A DNA stretch of 63,388 nucleotides, counting the filler, from Phoronis australis (taxonomy: Eukaryota; Animalia; Phoronida), in NCBI GenBank assembly GCA_002633005.1. It is 5 parts of 5 records of this genome, joined end to end, with 100 filler letters (N's around TTAATTAATTAA, not from the genome) between each part and the next. Parts side by side here need not be neighbours in the genome. Positions count along the whole stretch, not along the records: positions 18,317 to 42,684 come from NMRA01000366.1; positions 42,785 to 48,022 come from NMRA01002383.1; positions 48,123 to 60,179 come from NMRA01000517.1; 2 more parts are not named here. One strand, written 5' to 3'. The number at the start of each line of letters is the position of its first letter. Position 1 is the stretch's first letter. The position numbers and the translations under genes are program-made. Below are positions 37,062 to 49,967 of this stretch, piece by piece. Under the pieces are notes generated by a model that was given only the letters and a program-made list of their open reading frames with translations, made no database searches and was not told the origin of the DNA.

Positions 37062-38234
37062 GTATGTTTGGCCTGTTTCATAACTTTACAAACTTGTTTT
37101 TGATTAATTATTTGAGAAATACAAGAATACGTCAAATACAGTCTGCATAACTTCTTAAAACGCCCTTAGCTGGTGATGTACCAAAGTCATTTCTAAAACC
37201 TATCTAAGAATGCTGCAACACCTGAATATGGCCATTAAAATGACCAACTGAAACGCCTTGTAAATGGGACTAGAGGTTGGTGTAAATAAGCCGAGATATT
37301 TTAAAAATGATGTTACAGCCTGGATATTGGACATTGTATCTCTTTCTGAGCATAATTCAAAGAATACATTTCACCATGTTTAAATCAGCTTGCATATCAT
37401 AACCTACAGTGATCATCAGGTATACAATCGTATGGCGTGAACTATTTTTAAGACGCATATTTATTGAATCTTCGGAGTGCTAAGCGGTAGCATCTGTATA
37501 TACTGGTATGTCTTTGCAAAATTGTGAAGAAATTTGAAGTCATAAAGTGTGTTTTGTTCCATGTAAAATAGCAGCAATTATTAATTAATCTACTCTAAAA
37601 AGTTTTATCATCAAATTGCACAAAGGAATAAGAGGTTTAACATAGGCCAATCACAATTCAGCACAGTGAATTGACACTGCTGTATCCAGGCGAGCATTCA
37701 TTCTGTGGCAGACTTTCAATATTTGGTGTAGTGCTCTCGATACTGGTGTTAATTGCACCACCGTTGACCTGGAGTAAGGATTTTTGTGTTTGATGTAAAA
37801 CATAGCAAAGACTCATTTATGAGATCACTGTATTGTTTAGAATTGTGAGACGTGAGTGGGACTATATAGGGAGATGAGTTAAACCAATTTGCCATAATTC
37901 TTACGGATTTAGACGCTAACTGTTATCCTCAAGACTGTGACTGGGCCAGTTTCTCTAGAGATGATACTGGGAAAGATGCTTAACAGTAGTTCTGACGTAT
38001 TTCACGGTGTGTTAACATGATTACTTCATGGCCGTTTCATCACTTATGTATGATAAATGTGTTATATAATGTACGTGATGAAAACTGTGAGTTATTGTAT
38101 CAAGACACATGATATGCAAGCCGATTTAAATGAGGGCTAAGAGTAATATCTATCTTGCAATGTTTTGTCATGCAGAAGTGTTGTTATTTGTATTGTGAGC
38201 AACGTAAAGCAGAATGTTTGTACCCTCTTTGCAG

Positions 38235-38358
38235 TTACAGCAGAAAATCCCCATGCAAGTTACCAAGAAATTGAGAAAATCATTGGTAGAAAATGGAAAC
38301 AGCTGATGGCAGAGGAACGGGAGAAATACGAGTTGATGAACAAGGAAGATGTGAGGAG
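38235..38358 (+). CDS. PMS1: PMS1 exon, HMG box
   Basis: ENPHASYQEIEKIIGRKWKQLMAEEREKYE. An HMG box is diagnostic of PMS1 among MutL homologs. Confidence 0.92.
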
Positions 38359-38974
38359 GTGATGGAAGTGTAAATTACGCATGCATCCAGAACATTGATA
38401 GACGTTAAATACTTAAACTAAACATGTTATTAAAAGGTTCATATTGAATTGTATTCAGTATGAAGAAAAATGCATGAAAATAAACTCCAGTTGATCCGAG
38501 CAGAGAAATGTTTGCCATGAGAAGTGCTGTTGGCTAATATGAAAAGCAAAGAACAAAAACTGAAAATTATAATTAACTGATTTGGATTATGAAAATTAGA
38601 ATATAACTGACAGATAGTCAGAAGACAGTATTATCATTGTCCACATAAAGACCTACTGTAGGTGCCTAGTCAGCTACCTCGAGTGTAGTGCGCAATGCAC
38701 ATAGCTCACATTTGTTTCAAGAATTTCTTCTCCCAAGTGGTGGGGTGTATAATTGCTTGTCTGCTTCTGAAACCCTTGGCTGAAATTCAGAGGAGCTATG
38801 ATCCTGTCTTCTTTTAAAAATAACTTTGATTTGTCATTGTGAAGCTTAGTAAATGTACAACTATTAATATTGAAATAGTTGTAACACACCACCACCTCAG
38901 AGCAGTTTTAAAAAGTCATTGTTAGATATGGCGAAATCACTTAAGCCTACTGATAGACTAAAATTGACGGATGG

Positions 38975-39480
38975 TAGCAGATGTATCGGGCCTGGTCCGC
39001 CAGGCCTTTGTCAATGACTGGTCAGAGTATCTAGAGTATTTCCCGCCGTACGCTTGATGAGAATGTCATTGGAAAGGGGAGATAATTGAACACTACGTTT
39101 CCCGATTCAGAACCGGGGTGCTGGATCCTGATTTTAATAGATTCCTTGATTTTATGTGCGTGCCAGTTCTGCTCCTTGTCAGTGATCTTTGTGGAGGCAA
39201 GAGAGACTGTGCCCAATTTGTGCTCAGCCATGTCATTTGGTTTGTTGAGTTTTTTGTGTTACTTCTTTAAATCTGTTTCTAAATGATCTTTTCGTTCCCC
39301 AACATTGGATCCTGGTCACAGGTAAGCTGGTAAGTAACACAAAATTGTTCCTCCATGGGGGTTTGGCCTTTTGTTCTAATGAGCAATGAATGAAGGGTGT
39401 TCAGGGGTTTCATGTACGAAGAGAACCCATAGGTTTTGTATGTGTGCATTAACATCCTTTGTTATATATGGGGGAAACAA
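38975..39480 (-). mobile_element. Penelope-like element 3' remnant (GIY-YIG region and tail)
   Basis: Across frameshifts: YMKPLNTLHSLLIRTKGQTP..CVTYQLTCD..RFKE..MAEH..ITDKEQNWHAHKIKESIKIR. Confidence 0.78.
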
Positions 39481-39859
39481 AAAGATCATCTGGAACCAGG
39501 TTTAAAGCCTATCTTGAATGGTAACTTTTGAAAATGTGATTTCTACAGTATGTTAAGAGCATCGCTGTGAGCTCACTAGTGCCATAAATTGTCAAATATA
39601 ACAAACTGTTGGGTGTATTGGTTTGGCTTTGTCTACGTCTCTGTGAAAATCCTTTTTATTCAAACAGCCGCGTATAACACTGACAGGCAGTTGTGTTTTA
39701 CTCAGACCGCTATTCAATACAACTGTTAATGGGCTTTTGTTGCTAGTGCTAGAATTTCCCGGTGATGCAATATGACTTGAAAAGGCAGCTTCACCTATTA
39801 TATGACGGGCCTACATTTGCGTGGTAAAACTTGCGTTTTCTTATTTTGCTAAAGCTTTA

Positions 39860-40195
39860 CTAGGACTACCTGGTTTGCCCATAACATCTTAAATAACAAA
39901 TTCCTGTTGAACTTAGGCTTTAAAGAACACAAAAAAATCAAAAGACCGACTGAGTGAGTATGCATTGTCCACTGGACATTCTGTCTCTCGTGCCCCCACC
40001 AATGTCATTGGCAAGGAGCACAACTGACAAGCCTTGAGATTTTGACGAAATTTCCAAGAGGTTTTGCCCACGTCATAAACCTGAGATTTGTGTGAGACTT
40101 GCTATTTATTCTATGCTCGAGTATTTCATGGTTTATGCAGACGAATTTCAGGTCTAGGTCATACTTGATGAGCCCTAGATTAGAGCTAGAAATTT
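39860..40195 (+). mobile_element. Second, more decayed Penelope-like remnant
   Basis: FKEHKK..LSEYALSTGHSVS..NVIGKEHN, followed by a tgatga...gaaa tail. Confidence 0.55.
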
Positions 40196-40480
40196 GAGGT
40201 TATAGTTTTAATGCTGTGGTCATTTATCAAATCAGGAGTAGACGGTCATTCACCTAAACCATAATGTACTTAATCACAGAGCAATAGGCAACTATCTTGA
40301 GTCTCTACTAAATGTAGAAAGGGAAATGTCGAAACTAATTTTGAGATCGAGTAAAATTTTAATTCTTGCGTAAAAGTTTTTCTTATCAGTTGACAGGTTT
40401 ATGGCATTAAATAGTAGGTTCATTTTTATCTGATTAGACTCTACTTCATTGCTATGAATTCGTGTTGTCAATTTCCTCAG

Positions 40481-40651
40481 ATACGAAAATGACCTGTGTC
40501 AGGCCAGGGGTTCGTGTGATGAAGCCATTGTAAAGAGAAGAAAGACTAACTCTGGACCCATTCAACCAGTCTTGGGTTTAATCATCGAGAGGGATATGGC
40601 CTTCAATATCAGTGGCCTACAACTGAAATTCTCCGGTGCAGTTCAGATCAG
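40481..40651 (+). CDS. PMS1: PMS1 exon
   Basis: RYENDL... completes the last HMG helix. Open frame, phase 2/2 compatible with both neighbours. Confidence 0.8.
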
Positions 40652-41283
40652 GTTTGCAATAGTCACAGGAAAGATGACTGCTCTGGGTGATAAAGACTTA
40701 CAATAAGAATTATTCATTTCGGGACATCTTTTGTATTTTAATAATAATCTGTTATTTGTCACTATTGTAATGAGGAGGGTGGGATATTGAGATAAGTGTC
40801 CTCTTCGCTTCGTGTACTCAAGGTCATGGGTTCAAGGTCGTGGGTTCAAGTCTCACTGGGGCTCACTGCTGGACCTTTGAGTTGGGTCTATCTCCTCAGA
40901 TTAGTTTTAATTAACTATATATAAACTAAGCGTCATGGTTCCTGGTAATCACTGCAATGGGGGGTCTCACCTGCGCAGCCTGAAGTGCGGTACAATGTGC
41001 ACCAGACCTCGTTCAATTATTTTTTATTGTCCTTGTGATATAATAGTTGCACAACTGACGATGCTTTTAACATCACGTGTCTCCTATGATTCACTCTGTC
41101 AGTACTGAAGATGATTTAAGTTCTAATCAAATCGGCGGTTTGTATTTATTTAATATGCAAATAATGTTTTTTAAAATGTTCATCACTTCCTTGTTAACAT
41201 GTAATATGATATTCAAATGTTTCACATTGAAATGGTATGGCTACTTCCATCTGTTGAATATACGTTTGGTTGATGGGTTTCAG

Positions 41284-41475
41284 TCAGGAGCCACCTGATG
41301 ACCTTCGCCTCATTGGTCCGTTAAAGTCATGTGATGTCTGGATCTGTTGCTATGGTAGCGAGTTGCTGTCCTTCCACCCAGTCCGTGCCCAGGAGGTGGT
41401 TTGCTACAACCGATTGTGTGACACCGATGTCCTGCTGTGTAAACAGCTGGAGGACCCTGTGTTGTTGGAACCCAG
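41284..41475 (+). CDS. PMS1: PMS1 exon, C-terminal region, probable GC donor
   Basis: LRLIGPLKSCDVWIC...FHPVRAQEVVCYNRL...QLEDPVLL resembles human LLNPYRVEEALLFKRLL...PLEKPIML. Ends cag|gcaagt. Confidence 0.85.
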
Positions 41476-41837
41476 GCAAGTTGAGTGCACGCTTTAATCT
41501 GTGTGTTGTTCAGTATGTTAAGTGAATAAAATGAATTTGAAAACCACTCCGACATTCACTGTTACGGTGATTTCTTTGATTTTGTACACATCTCAACTTT
41601 CACTTAATATTCTGTCAATGTCCAGTGTGTGTAAATCTGAGTATATGTGTTTATTGCACCGAGCCTTCAGAATTTGTTTTTGTTTTGTGCTTGTATCAAA
41701 TGCAAGTCCTCCATCACAGTTTTCAAAAACACAACAACATTAATTTTCTCCGAGTTTAATTGATAATGTTTGAGTGGAATGTGTGGAGCAACCCTGCTGG
41801 GTGATGACATTTACAAGATGGAGCTCATAGATAGCAG

Positions 41838-42684
41838 CTTTTTGGTGTGTTAAACTGTGTTCAATATGTTTTGGTGTGTTAAACTGTGTTCAATATGTTT
41901 TGGTGTGTTAAACTGTGTTCAATATGTTTTGGTGTGTTAAACTGTGTTCAATATGTTTTGGTGTGTTAAACTGTGTTCAATATGTTTTGGTGTGTTAAAC
42001 TGTGTTCAATATGTTTTGGTGTGTTAAACTGTGTTCAATATGTTTTGGTGTGTTAAACTGTGTTCAATATGTTTTGGTGTGTTAAACTGTGTTCAATATG
42101 TTTTGGTGTGTTAAACTGTGTTCAATATGTTTTGGTGTGTTAAACTGTGTTCAATATGTTTTGGTGTGTTAAACTGTGTTCAATATGTTTTGGTGTGTTA
42201 AACTGTGTTCAATATGTTTTGGTGTGTTAAACTGTGTTCAATATGTTTTGGTGTGTTAAACTGTGTTCAATATGTTTTGGTGTGTTAAACTGTGTTCAAT
42301 ATGTTTTGGTGTGTTAAACTGTGTTCAATATGTTTTGGTGTGTTAAACTGTGTTCAATATGTTTTGGTGTGTTAAACTGTGTTCAATATGTTTTGGTGTG
42401 TTAAACTGTGTTCAATATGTTTTGGTGTGTTAAACTGTGTTCAATATGTTTTGGTGTGTTAAACTGTGTTCAATATGTTTTGGTGTGTTAAACTGTGTTC
42501 AATATGTTTTGGTGTGTTAAACTGTGTTCAATATGTTTTGGTGTGTTAAACTGTGTTCAATATGTTTTGGTGTGTTAAACTGTGTTCAATATGTTTTGGT
42601 GTGTTAAACTGTGTTCAATATGTTTTGGTGTGTTAAACTGTGTTCAATATGTTTTGGTGTGTTAAACTGTGTTCAATATGTTTT
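41838..42684. repeat. Homogeneous 29-bp tandem array running into a gap
   Basis: tttggtgtgttaaactgtgttcaatatgt, about 29 apparently identical copies, no spacers. Confidence 0.98.
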
Positions 42685-44258
42685 NNNNNNNNNNNNNNNN
42701 NNNNNNNNNNNNNNNNNNNNNNNNNNNNTTAATTAATTAANNNNNNNNNNNNNNNNNNNNNNNNNNNNNNNNNNNNNNNNNNNNGACATTACGACGGCGT
42801 TTTCCCGTTGCTCCAAACTTGTTCGATTCCATAGCCCAACAACAATTGGGAATCACCCCTGTAGCTAATATCTTACACAACTGATAAGGACGGTAGCACA
42901 CCGTCCTTGAAAAAGGTGCATATCGCTCGGGGTGAATATATTTTAGTATCGGCGCTCGTCATTTTAGTTTTACTAGTTTTACTATTTTATATTTGATTCC
43001 ATTCTGGCATTTAGGGTTGGAGGGCCTGCTCTCTTTGTTCGGCTCTAATCAGATCGTATCTCAAGCCTGTAGTGACCATGGGCTGTAGTGCTGGCTAAAG
43101 TAAAAATGAAAGTTAAGTTATAACATATTTGAACATAAACCAATAACATTTCTCTTCCTGCTTGTCAAATGCTGATCGTGTGTAGTTTTTGAATCACCAA
43201 AATCGCCCAACTACAATTACAGAAGTTAAGACAATCCATTCTGCCAGGTTTCAGTCATGAACCCCGGCTTTCGAAGCATGGCCGGGGAAATAATTGGCCT
43301 GCTTAAGTCATACGGGACAAAAGACTGCGCTGGGCAGTTAACAAAGGACTGAGCCAGATGTTATCGCACGTTCAGAACCCTTCACGTCTGGAAAAGTTGC
43401 TGATCCACACTGAGAACGTCGTCATGAGAACGATCGCCAATAAAACCAAGAAGCACAGGTGTGCCCGCTTGTTGAACGAAGCTGTCCCAAATACGGGTAC
43501 TCTCAGTCCCACGGCAAAATTTTCTACACATTTGTGTCTCACAATTCATGTTTTAGTTGTAAAACTCACGTTTAGGAGCTCCTCAAAAGTTTGCAAAAAT
43601 TGAACCCGGCCTTATTTCAAGGTAAATAGATACATGTACCTAGTTGAAATTGTGAACGCTGCTTGAAACAGTCCCTGTTTATTTCCAATAATTTTGAGAA
43701 TTCAACGTACAACTTGAAGTTTGTTCTCTGCACGTATCAAAGCTCATGACTAATTAGAAATGAAGACAACTTTTAGTGAATGGGCAGTACTAAGCATATC
43801 ACTTTAATTAACGTTTGCACAAACCCACTCACGGTGAAAACTTAAGGAGAATAGTTTTATGTTAAAAATTACTTTTTGGCTTGTTTCATGCTACCAGGCA
43901 CAGGCCTCTTAATAAGTGATAATGACCCACCTCGGTTTCAGCAGAAAAACTAACCGTTATGACAGAATTGGTCTCAAACGTTTTGCTTATAAGGCGGTCA
44001 TTTCTGGACTGCAAAAGAGTTGACAGTTTCTTATTGCTGAGACCATGCTAATTAAGTTGTTTGTCACGGCGTGTCATTTTATGTGCGAGCATGGTCTCCA
44101 ACGACCTGTCTGTTCTTAGCAAACTAGAACCCAGTAACTTCTCGTCGCAGGAAGGAAACGGTTGGGAACAATTATGTAGCGGTAATTAAGTGTATTTTTG
44201 GAGAATGAATTTTTGTGTAGACACGATCGCTTTTGTTACTCCGACATAATCGCACAAT

Positions 44259-45002
44259 TTATGTTTCCTTACACTTTACTTGGTATCTTCTTATCGGTGG
44301 CAAAATGAAAAATTTCTGACCTTCACTGAAAAGTTTAGGAATACTTTTAACGGACGCCAACGGCGTGGAATATGGTTTAGTGTGTCTGTCACCGGACATC
44401 GTGACGGTGGGTAAGAGAACAGAAACCTCCGAACTTTCAGGTGATTGAGTGTTTCCCATTTTGCTGGTTCTATTTTCCTTTAAGACGCGCTCTATTGCTG
44501 ATTCAATATTACATGGGGAATTCGCTTTTTCTTCGCCGCTCACTTGCGGAAACTTTTGAAGGTTCTCTCGAATTCTTTCCTGTGTCAAACGGCGGCATTT
44601 CTCAATAAAACCGTGAGCCCGATTTTTGCGTTTTTCCACGGGCTCCATTTTTACTAGAGCTTGATTGATATGCGGTCTCAGTGCACCATAACTGTAGTTA
44701 ACATCCAGCGCCGATGATTTATCGAATGCATTCGAAAAGCTTCGTTTCGTCACTGCGTGTTGGTAAGCTCGGTGGAATTTCAACGATCCTCTTAAGTTTC
44801 TTTTCACAGCCTCTAGCCTGCTTTGTTTGTGTTTGCTATCCCTCCATAAACTTTTGATAAGAATTTCGTTAGTGAAGTTTTCTCGCCTGTTCAAAACCTC
44901 CTGTCGGTGAGAAATCTGCTCTGAAATTTTTATCACTGACATGTAGCGAGATCCTTTACCACACAGGTTTACGTCGCAACTGTCAAAATGTTGTCTTGGC
45001 AT
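44259..45002 (-). CDS. Uncharacterised 247-aa basic protein
   Basis: Long non-repetitive ORF. Upstream acceptor ttttcag near 45090 and gtaagt donor near 45510 suggest a spliced 5' UTR. No recognised domain or TE motif. Confidence 0.6.
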   Translation of the reverse strand: MPRQHFDSCDVNLCGKGSRYMSVIKISEQISHRQEVLNRRENFTNEILIKSLWRDSKHKQSRLEAVKRNLRGSLKFHRAYQHAVTKRSFSNAFDKSSALDVNYSYGALRPHINQALVKMEPVEKRKNRAHGFIEKCRRLTQERIRENLQKFPQVSGEEKANSPCNIESAIERVLKENRTSKMGNTQSPESSEVSVLLPTVTMSGDRHTKPYSTPLASVKSIPKLFSEGQKFFILPPIRRYQVKCKET

Positions 45003-48000
45003 ACTTTAATGTTAATTCCACTTACATTGTCATGATTTTGTTCGAGCATCGATTTGCCTTTCTCACAATATATCGGAATGTTTTACACACCTGAAAAAGA
45101 CAACTAAATTCTGTTACGTGAACTAGATTTTTCTCGTAGAAATTCTGAAAACCTTGTCGTGTTCAGAACAGGTTTAAAAATGTGAATAAGCGAACACTTT
45201 TTGGGATTTGAACTTCATTTACAAGCCAAATAATTCAAGAAGAAATCATTTTTGTATTCTACGCATTACAACAATAGAATATGGGTTCAAACGCGCAGGC
45301 GCTTTGAATATGTGAAACTCGTAGATTTCGTGTGCAAAATCTGCCTGATAATTTAGTATAACTATTCATTCACATCTACATGTTTAAGGTCTCGTTAATC
45401 AAGCGAGTTTTCCAGATTAATTCGAAAAATGTGCTGTTGGTAATTATTGCTCATATGTTTACGTCATGTTTTTATCGCTGCAAAGAAATCAAATGTATCA
45501 TGAACTTACTTCCGGATATCCAAAGTGTAGTCGCTCCAGCAAAATTTCACCTCAGTCGAAATACTGCGTAATTTGATTAAGCATTTATATCACTGACCGT
45601 TTTTCCGAAATACAGACCATCTGCGGAAAACACTCGGGTATGACGTCAGTTGAAGGCTTCGAATAACCAAAGCGGGATAACTGCCTTAGTGTACCTCTAC
45701 TGGATTCGCTATCGAGATTTTTAATAACATGAGAGATAATTAAGATAAACGTGTCATTTTACAACAGCGGTTAATTCGTAAAATATACTCTGGGCGTTGC
45801 ATTATAGATAACCGAAGAACCTAGCGGAAACCGAATCCCGGTGCCAAGTTTCGAGTTTCAACTTTATACCGTGGTTACCGTATTGCTTGTTCATATACTC
45901 GATTTTCAATTGTTTCATCGCTTGTACCGTCAATGTTTCGCCAGTCCCGGTGGAAGAAATGTGTGAAAAATGTGCTGTTTATTCATATTATACTCTTGTA
46001 TTATCAATGGCGTAATATGTGTTCCAAAAGGTGCGCTGCCTGGGTAGAACGTCTGGGAGAGCGGATGGCTCGACTGTACCACTGGCAGCTGACTTAAAAA
46101 CTTGAAGTCTTCGCATTCACCAATATAGAACACAGAATGAGTTTTGTCAGTCAAAGATAGCACTAAGATATAGGCATTTCGTAACTTATAATCGAGTTTG
46201 TATTTGCTTATTTTACTATTACCTTTTTACCCCATGCTGGGCCACGGCAGCTTGACATTGAGTGAGCTTTACTCTTGAGAGCTTCTGACGCGTCCTAGAT
46301 ACTATTTACTATTACAAACCGTTCCCGAGGTTTAGGGTTAAATTTCACGAAATACCCGTGAAAAGATAATGAAACAATCTCAGATAAAACAATTAATCAG
46401 AACTATAATGTATACAAAAGAACTTTAAAATTATATATCAAGCTCAAATCCTCTAAGCAGATTGGATTACATTAGATTACCGGATTAACTATTGATCGGA
46501 CGTGCAGCTTTAGTTGCAACATTGCTTCTGTAAGCTCAATGCCTGGAACTATTTTAAATTTGTTGCAGAATAAATTAATTTTCAATAAACTACTAATAAA
46601 ATTTTCAATGAAAAATCAATTTGTTATATTGAAATTACAGATTTATAATCTACACTCGTTCATAAGATACTACAAGTTAATATGGTATTAGCCAGTAGAT
46701 GTACTGGAGGATTCTACCGTAATTATCTACTAAACAGCACTCCTGAATAAAAAACGCTTGAGCAATAGCGTTCTCTGGGAAAGGAACGATGCCTCTTACT
46801 GTCTTGACTTGGTAACAGAAACGGAATCTTGTCATGCTAAGGAATATTGTGAAACCGGCCGGATTTATGAGTGTAAAATTCCAAATCGATTTCCGTTTCC
46901 AAGTCACCGCTAAACAGGGTAAATATCTATAATGAACGTTTGCCTGCCATCTAGCGTTTTCANNNNNNNNNNNNNNNNNNNNGGGGGGGGGGGTAACATG
47001 CTTGTTGCAATATGATGAATAATTATTTCCGAAAAAGAACCCATGGGTGTTTCCCCCGAAGTACCGTAGGAGAAAAGTGTTCAGAGGGTGCACAAGGCGC
47101 TTTACAGTGCTGTAGTGGGGCGTAGGCGCAGCCAACCAACCACCTTTTGGCATTTCAACGTAGCGCCTACGCACCGTAGGTTACGTTCAGTGCTCAAGGT
47201 GATACGGTGGGCTTTGAGCGCCTACTTACCTCTAATTTTACCACTACAGCACTGGCGCTTTATCGAAATTAGACGGTATGGTGACAAGAATTTGTCAAGC
47301 AACCAGCACCTTTCCATAGTATTCATGATGATACGGTATAATCAATATATAAGTCCTATCGAAGGTCACGTCACTCATATGCACTTTACACTGGAGTGTA
47401 ATTGAGGCTGTGTTACGTGCGTGTACGATGACCAACTATGAGAAGATCCACCCGCCAGTGTTTGTCACAACTTTGTCGAAGGATTGGATGAAAACCGCAA
47501 AGTTCAAACTAAATGAAGTAATAATTAGCTGTTGGGAAGCTTTCCGTTGGTTGAAGTAATTCATCAAGTCCGTTCTTTCTATAATTTTGTCAACCGTAAT
47601 TAGCAGCACCAACAACAAATAAAATTATTACGCCCCAAAGTGTGTATCGAAACAAGGTTTCAATGGTGGTACTTAATCAATTTGTATTTTGTCAAATGTC
47701 CCGTATGTCTGTGAAACGTTGTTCATGGTGAGTTTATTTCTAGTCGGAGCCGGACTCTCACAGAGTGGGATAGCTACTTTAGTTTTTATAATATGTTACC
47801 ATTATTGATCTAAATATTAAATTAAATTCAAAAATCGAATAAGATCATAGATGGAGTCGTGTTTGCACGGCTCATTTTGCTTGTAGCATCGTTCCGGCCT
47901 CCAGTGTACTCCTAACAGTCTGTCCTGATAGGTGTCGCTACTTTGACATTAAATATGCTCAGTGGAACACATAAACAACATTTGTTTGTTACTTTGTTAT

Positions 48001-48122
48001 TATCCTGTACACTATGATGAATNNNNNNNNNNNNNNNNNNNNNNNNNNNNNNNNNNNNNNNNNNNNTTAATTAATTAANNNNNNNNNNNNNNNNNNNNNN
48101 NNNNNNNNNNNNNNNNNNNNNN

Positions 48123-49336
48123 TTGTGATAATAAAGTCTCTTAGCCCTTTTCAAAACTTTTTTTAGAATAATGTTATAGGTTTTTAGGTTTGTTTTTAAT
48201 GAGACATAATTAATAGCACTTTGAGGGGTTGACTTGAGTCGTTTATAAAGCCTGTCTCTAAACCTAAGAGAGTTTAAAATACCTTGGGAGATCCAAATAT
48301 TCTTTTTGTGCTTATATTTATTGAATCTTACTTTTCTTACTGTATTGAACTTATTTAAACAAGCAAGAACAGAGTCCTGAAGTAAATTGTAATTCATATT
48401 GGGATCACCATTCAAATTTGTATCCATGTGAGAAAGTACATTGTATGACGAAAATTCATCATACACCCTTTTCAAACAATCATCATTAATGACATTTCTG
48501 TAAGCAAATTTGGGAGGTCTTGCCTTTTTTAATGTTCTCTTAAAACGAGAAAATAGGTAGATGATCAGAGATATTGGAAAAATAGATCCCGGAAACTGGA
48601 TCAATGTTAGAACGGCTATTAAATTTGTAGAAAATGTTGTCAATAAGTGAAGCAGAAAACTCAGAGAAACGGGTGGGAAAGGTAATGGTTGGAGTAAAAC
48701 CATTTAATGACATAGTGTTGTAGAATTCTCCAAACAAGGGCCTCTCATCCACTTTTAAGATATTGATATTAAAATCACCTGCCAACATGACATGAGAGTT
48801 GGTTTGCCCAAGTTTATTAACCAATGGATTAAAATCATCTAGAAATGTGCATATGTTTAAATTGTCATTTTCTTTGGGAGGTTTATAAATATTGCCAACA
48901 ATAACATTTTTCCTATGAATGGTCCCAACTAAGGTCACAAATAGTGACTCAAAAACTGTAGAATCACTTTTAATTTTTGAGGGTTTATACTCCAATGAAT
49001 TGTGGATGTAAATAATAAGGCCACCATGGCCACAACATTTCTTACCCTGGGAAACACAAGAGTAATTATCAATTTGAAACAATGAGAGGTCAGCATCATC
49101 ATCGAGCCAAGTTTCCTGCAAACAAATTACACTAAAATGAAAATTCAACTGGGACAGTTGACGGAGAAACAGGAACAGGCNNNNNNNNNNNNNNNNNNNN
49201 NNNNNNNNNNNNNNNNNNNNNNNNNNNNNNNNNNNNNNNNNNNNNNNNNNNNNNNNNNTGAGTGCACCAGACCCAATCTCATCATTTTTATCACCAAGCA
49301 AATGAACAAAACTATTGACATTAATACCACCAAAAT
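48123..49336 (-). pseudogene. LINE ORF2 N-terminus: APE endonuclease and linker, frameshifted near 48545, partly in gaps
   Basis: ICLQETWL, GHGGLIIYI, VGNIYKPP, LAGDFNIN, PTR..SLIDNIF, ISDHLPIF, then WISQGILNSLRFRDRLYK in another frame. Confidence 0.88.
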
Positions 49337-49967
49337 TATTTAACATATCCATGTAGTGTAATAAAGTGTATACTGCAACGAAAATAAAGATAAATGGCAA
49401 AACAACAACACTGATAGGTGTCTACGTGACACTAGCAGTGGATGGAAAATTTTCCCCGGGAGAGAATCATACTACAACAGAGTGGGCGGGCCACTGAAAG
49501 ATGTCAGCGAACCAACTGTGCATGTGGACCGAGCTTACCCAGCAGGAGATCAAACACCCAGTTCATACAACTAATACAAGCGAAAAGCGACAGTGATTGA
49601 CAGCTCTATAAGCAGAATATGTAAAGTAGGAAACAATGTAACAATAAACTCACGCAGGTTCATGAAACCCTGCAACTCATGATAAGACCAGGAAACACTA
49701 GAATTCACCACCCGTGGCAGAGTATTGTAAATGTGAGACCACTAGGCCTAACAGTAGAATGAATTCAAACTATCCAAGAGTAGAAACTATAGTTCACTTA
49801 AGTCTGACAGATCCTTGACACAGGTTACCGAGGTGTCAAGACGTTTAATAAAAACTTTACCCACAAATGTCCAGCAGCTCAGAACAGACTTTCGCTTGAC
49901 TAAATCGCGGNGTGGCAGAGTATTGTAAATGTGAGACCACTAGGCCTAACAGTAGAATGAATTCAAA

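Noticed and set aside
41838-42684. 29-bp repeat array as a CRISPR array
   Set aside because: Units are contiguous with no unique spacers, there are no cas genes and the context is eukaryotic.
43015-43048. Possible next PMS1 exon (RVGGPALFVRL)
   Set aside because: Phase fits, but a stop follows at once and the expected DPRLxxNGF motif is absent.
47620-47735. Possible ORC2 first exon ending atg|gtgagt
   Set aside because: Only a donor-like site. It is separated from the ORC2 exons by a linker gap and has no protein support.
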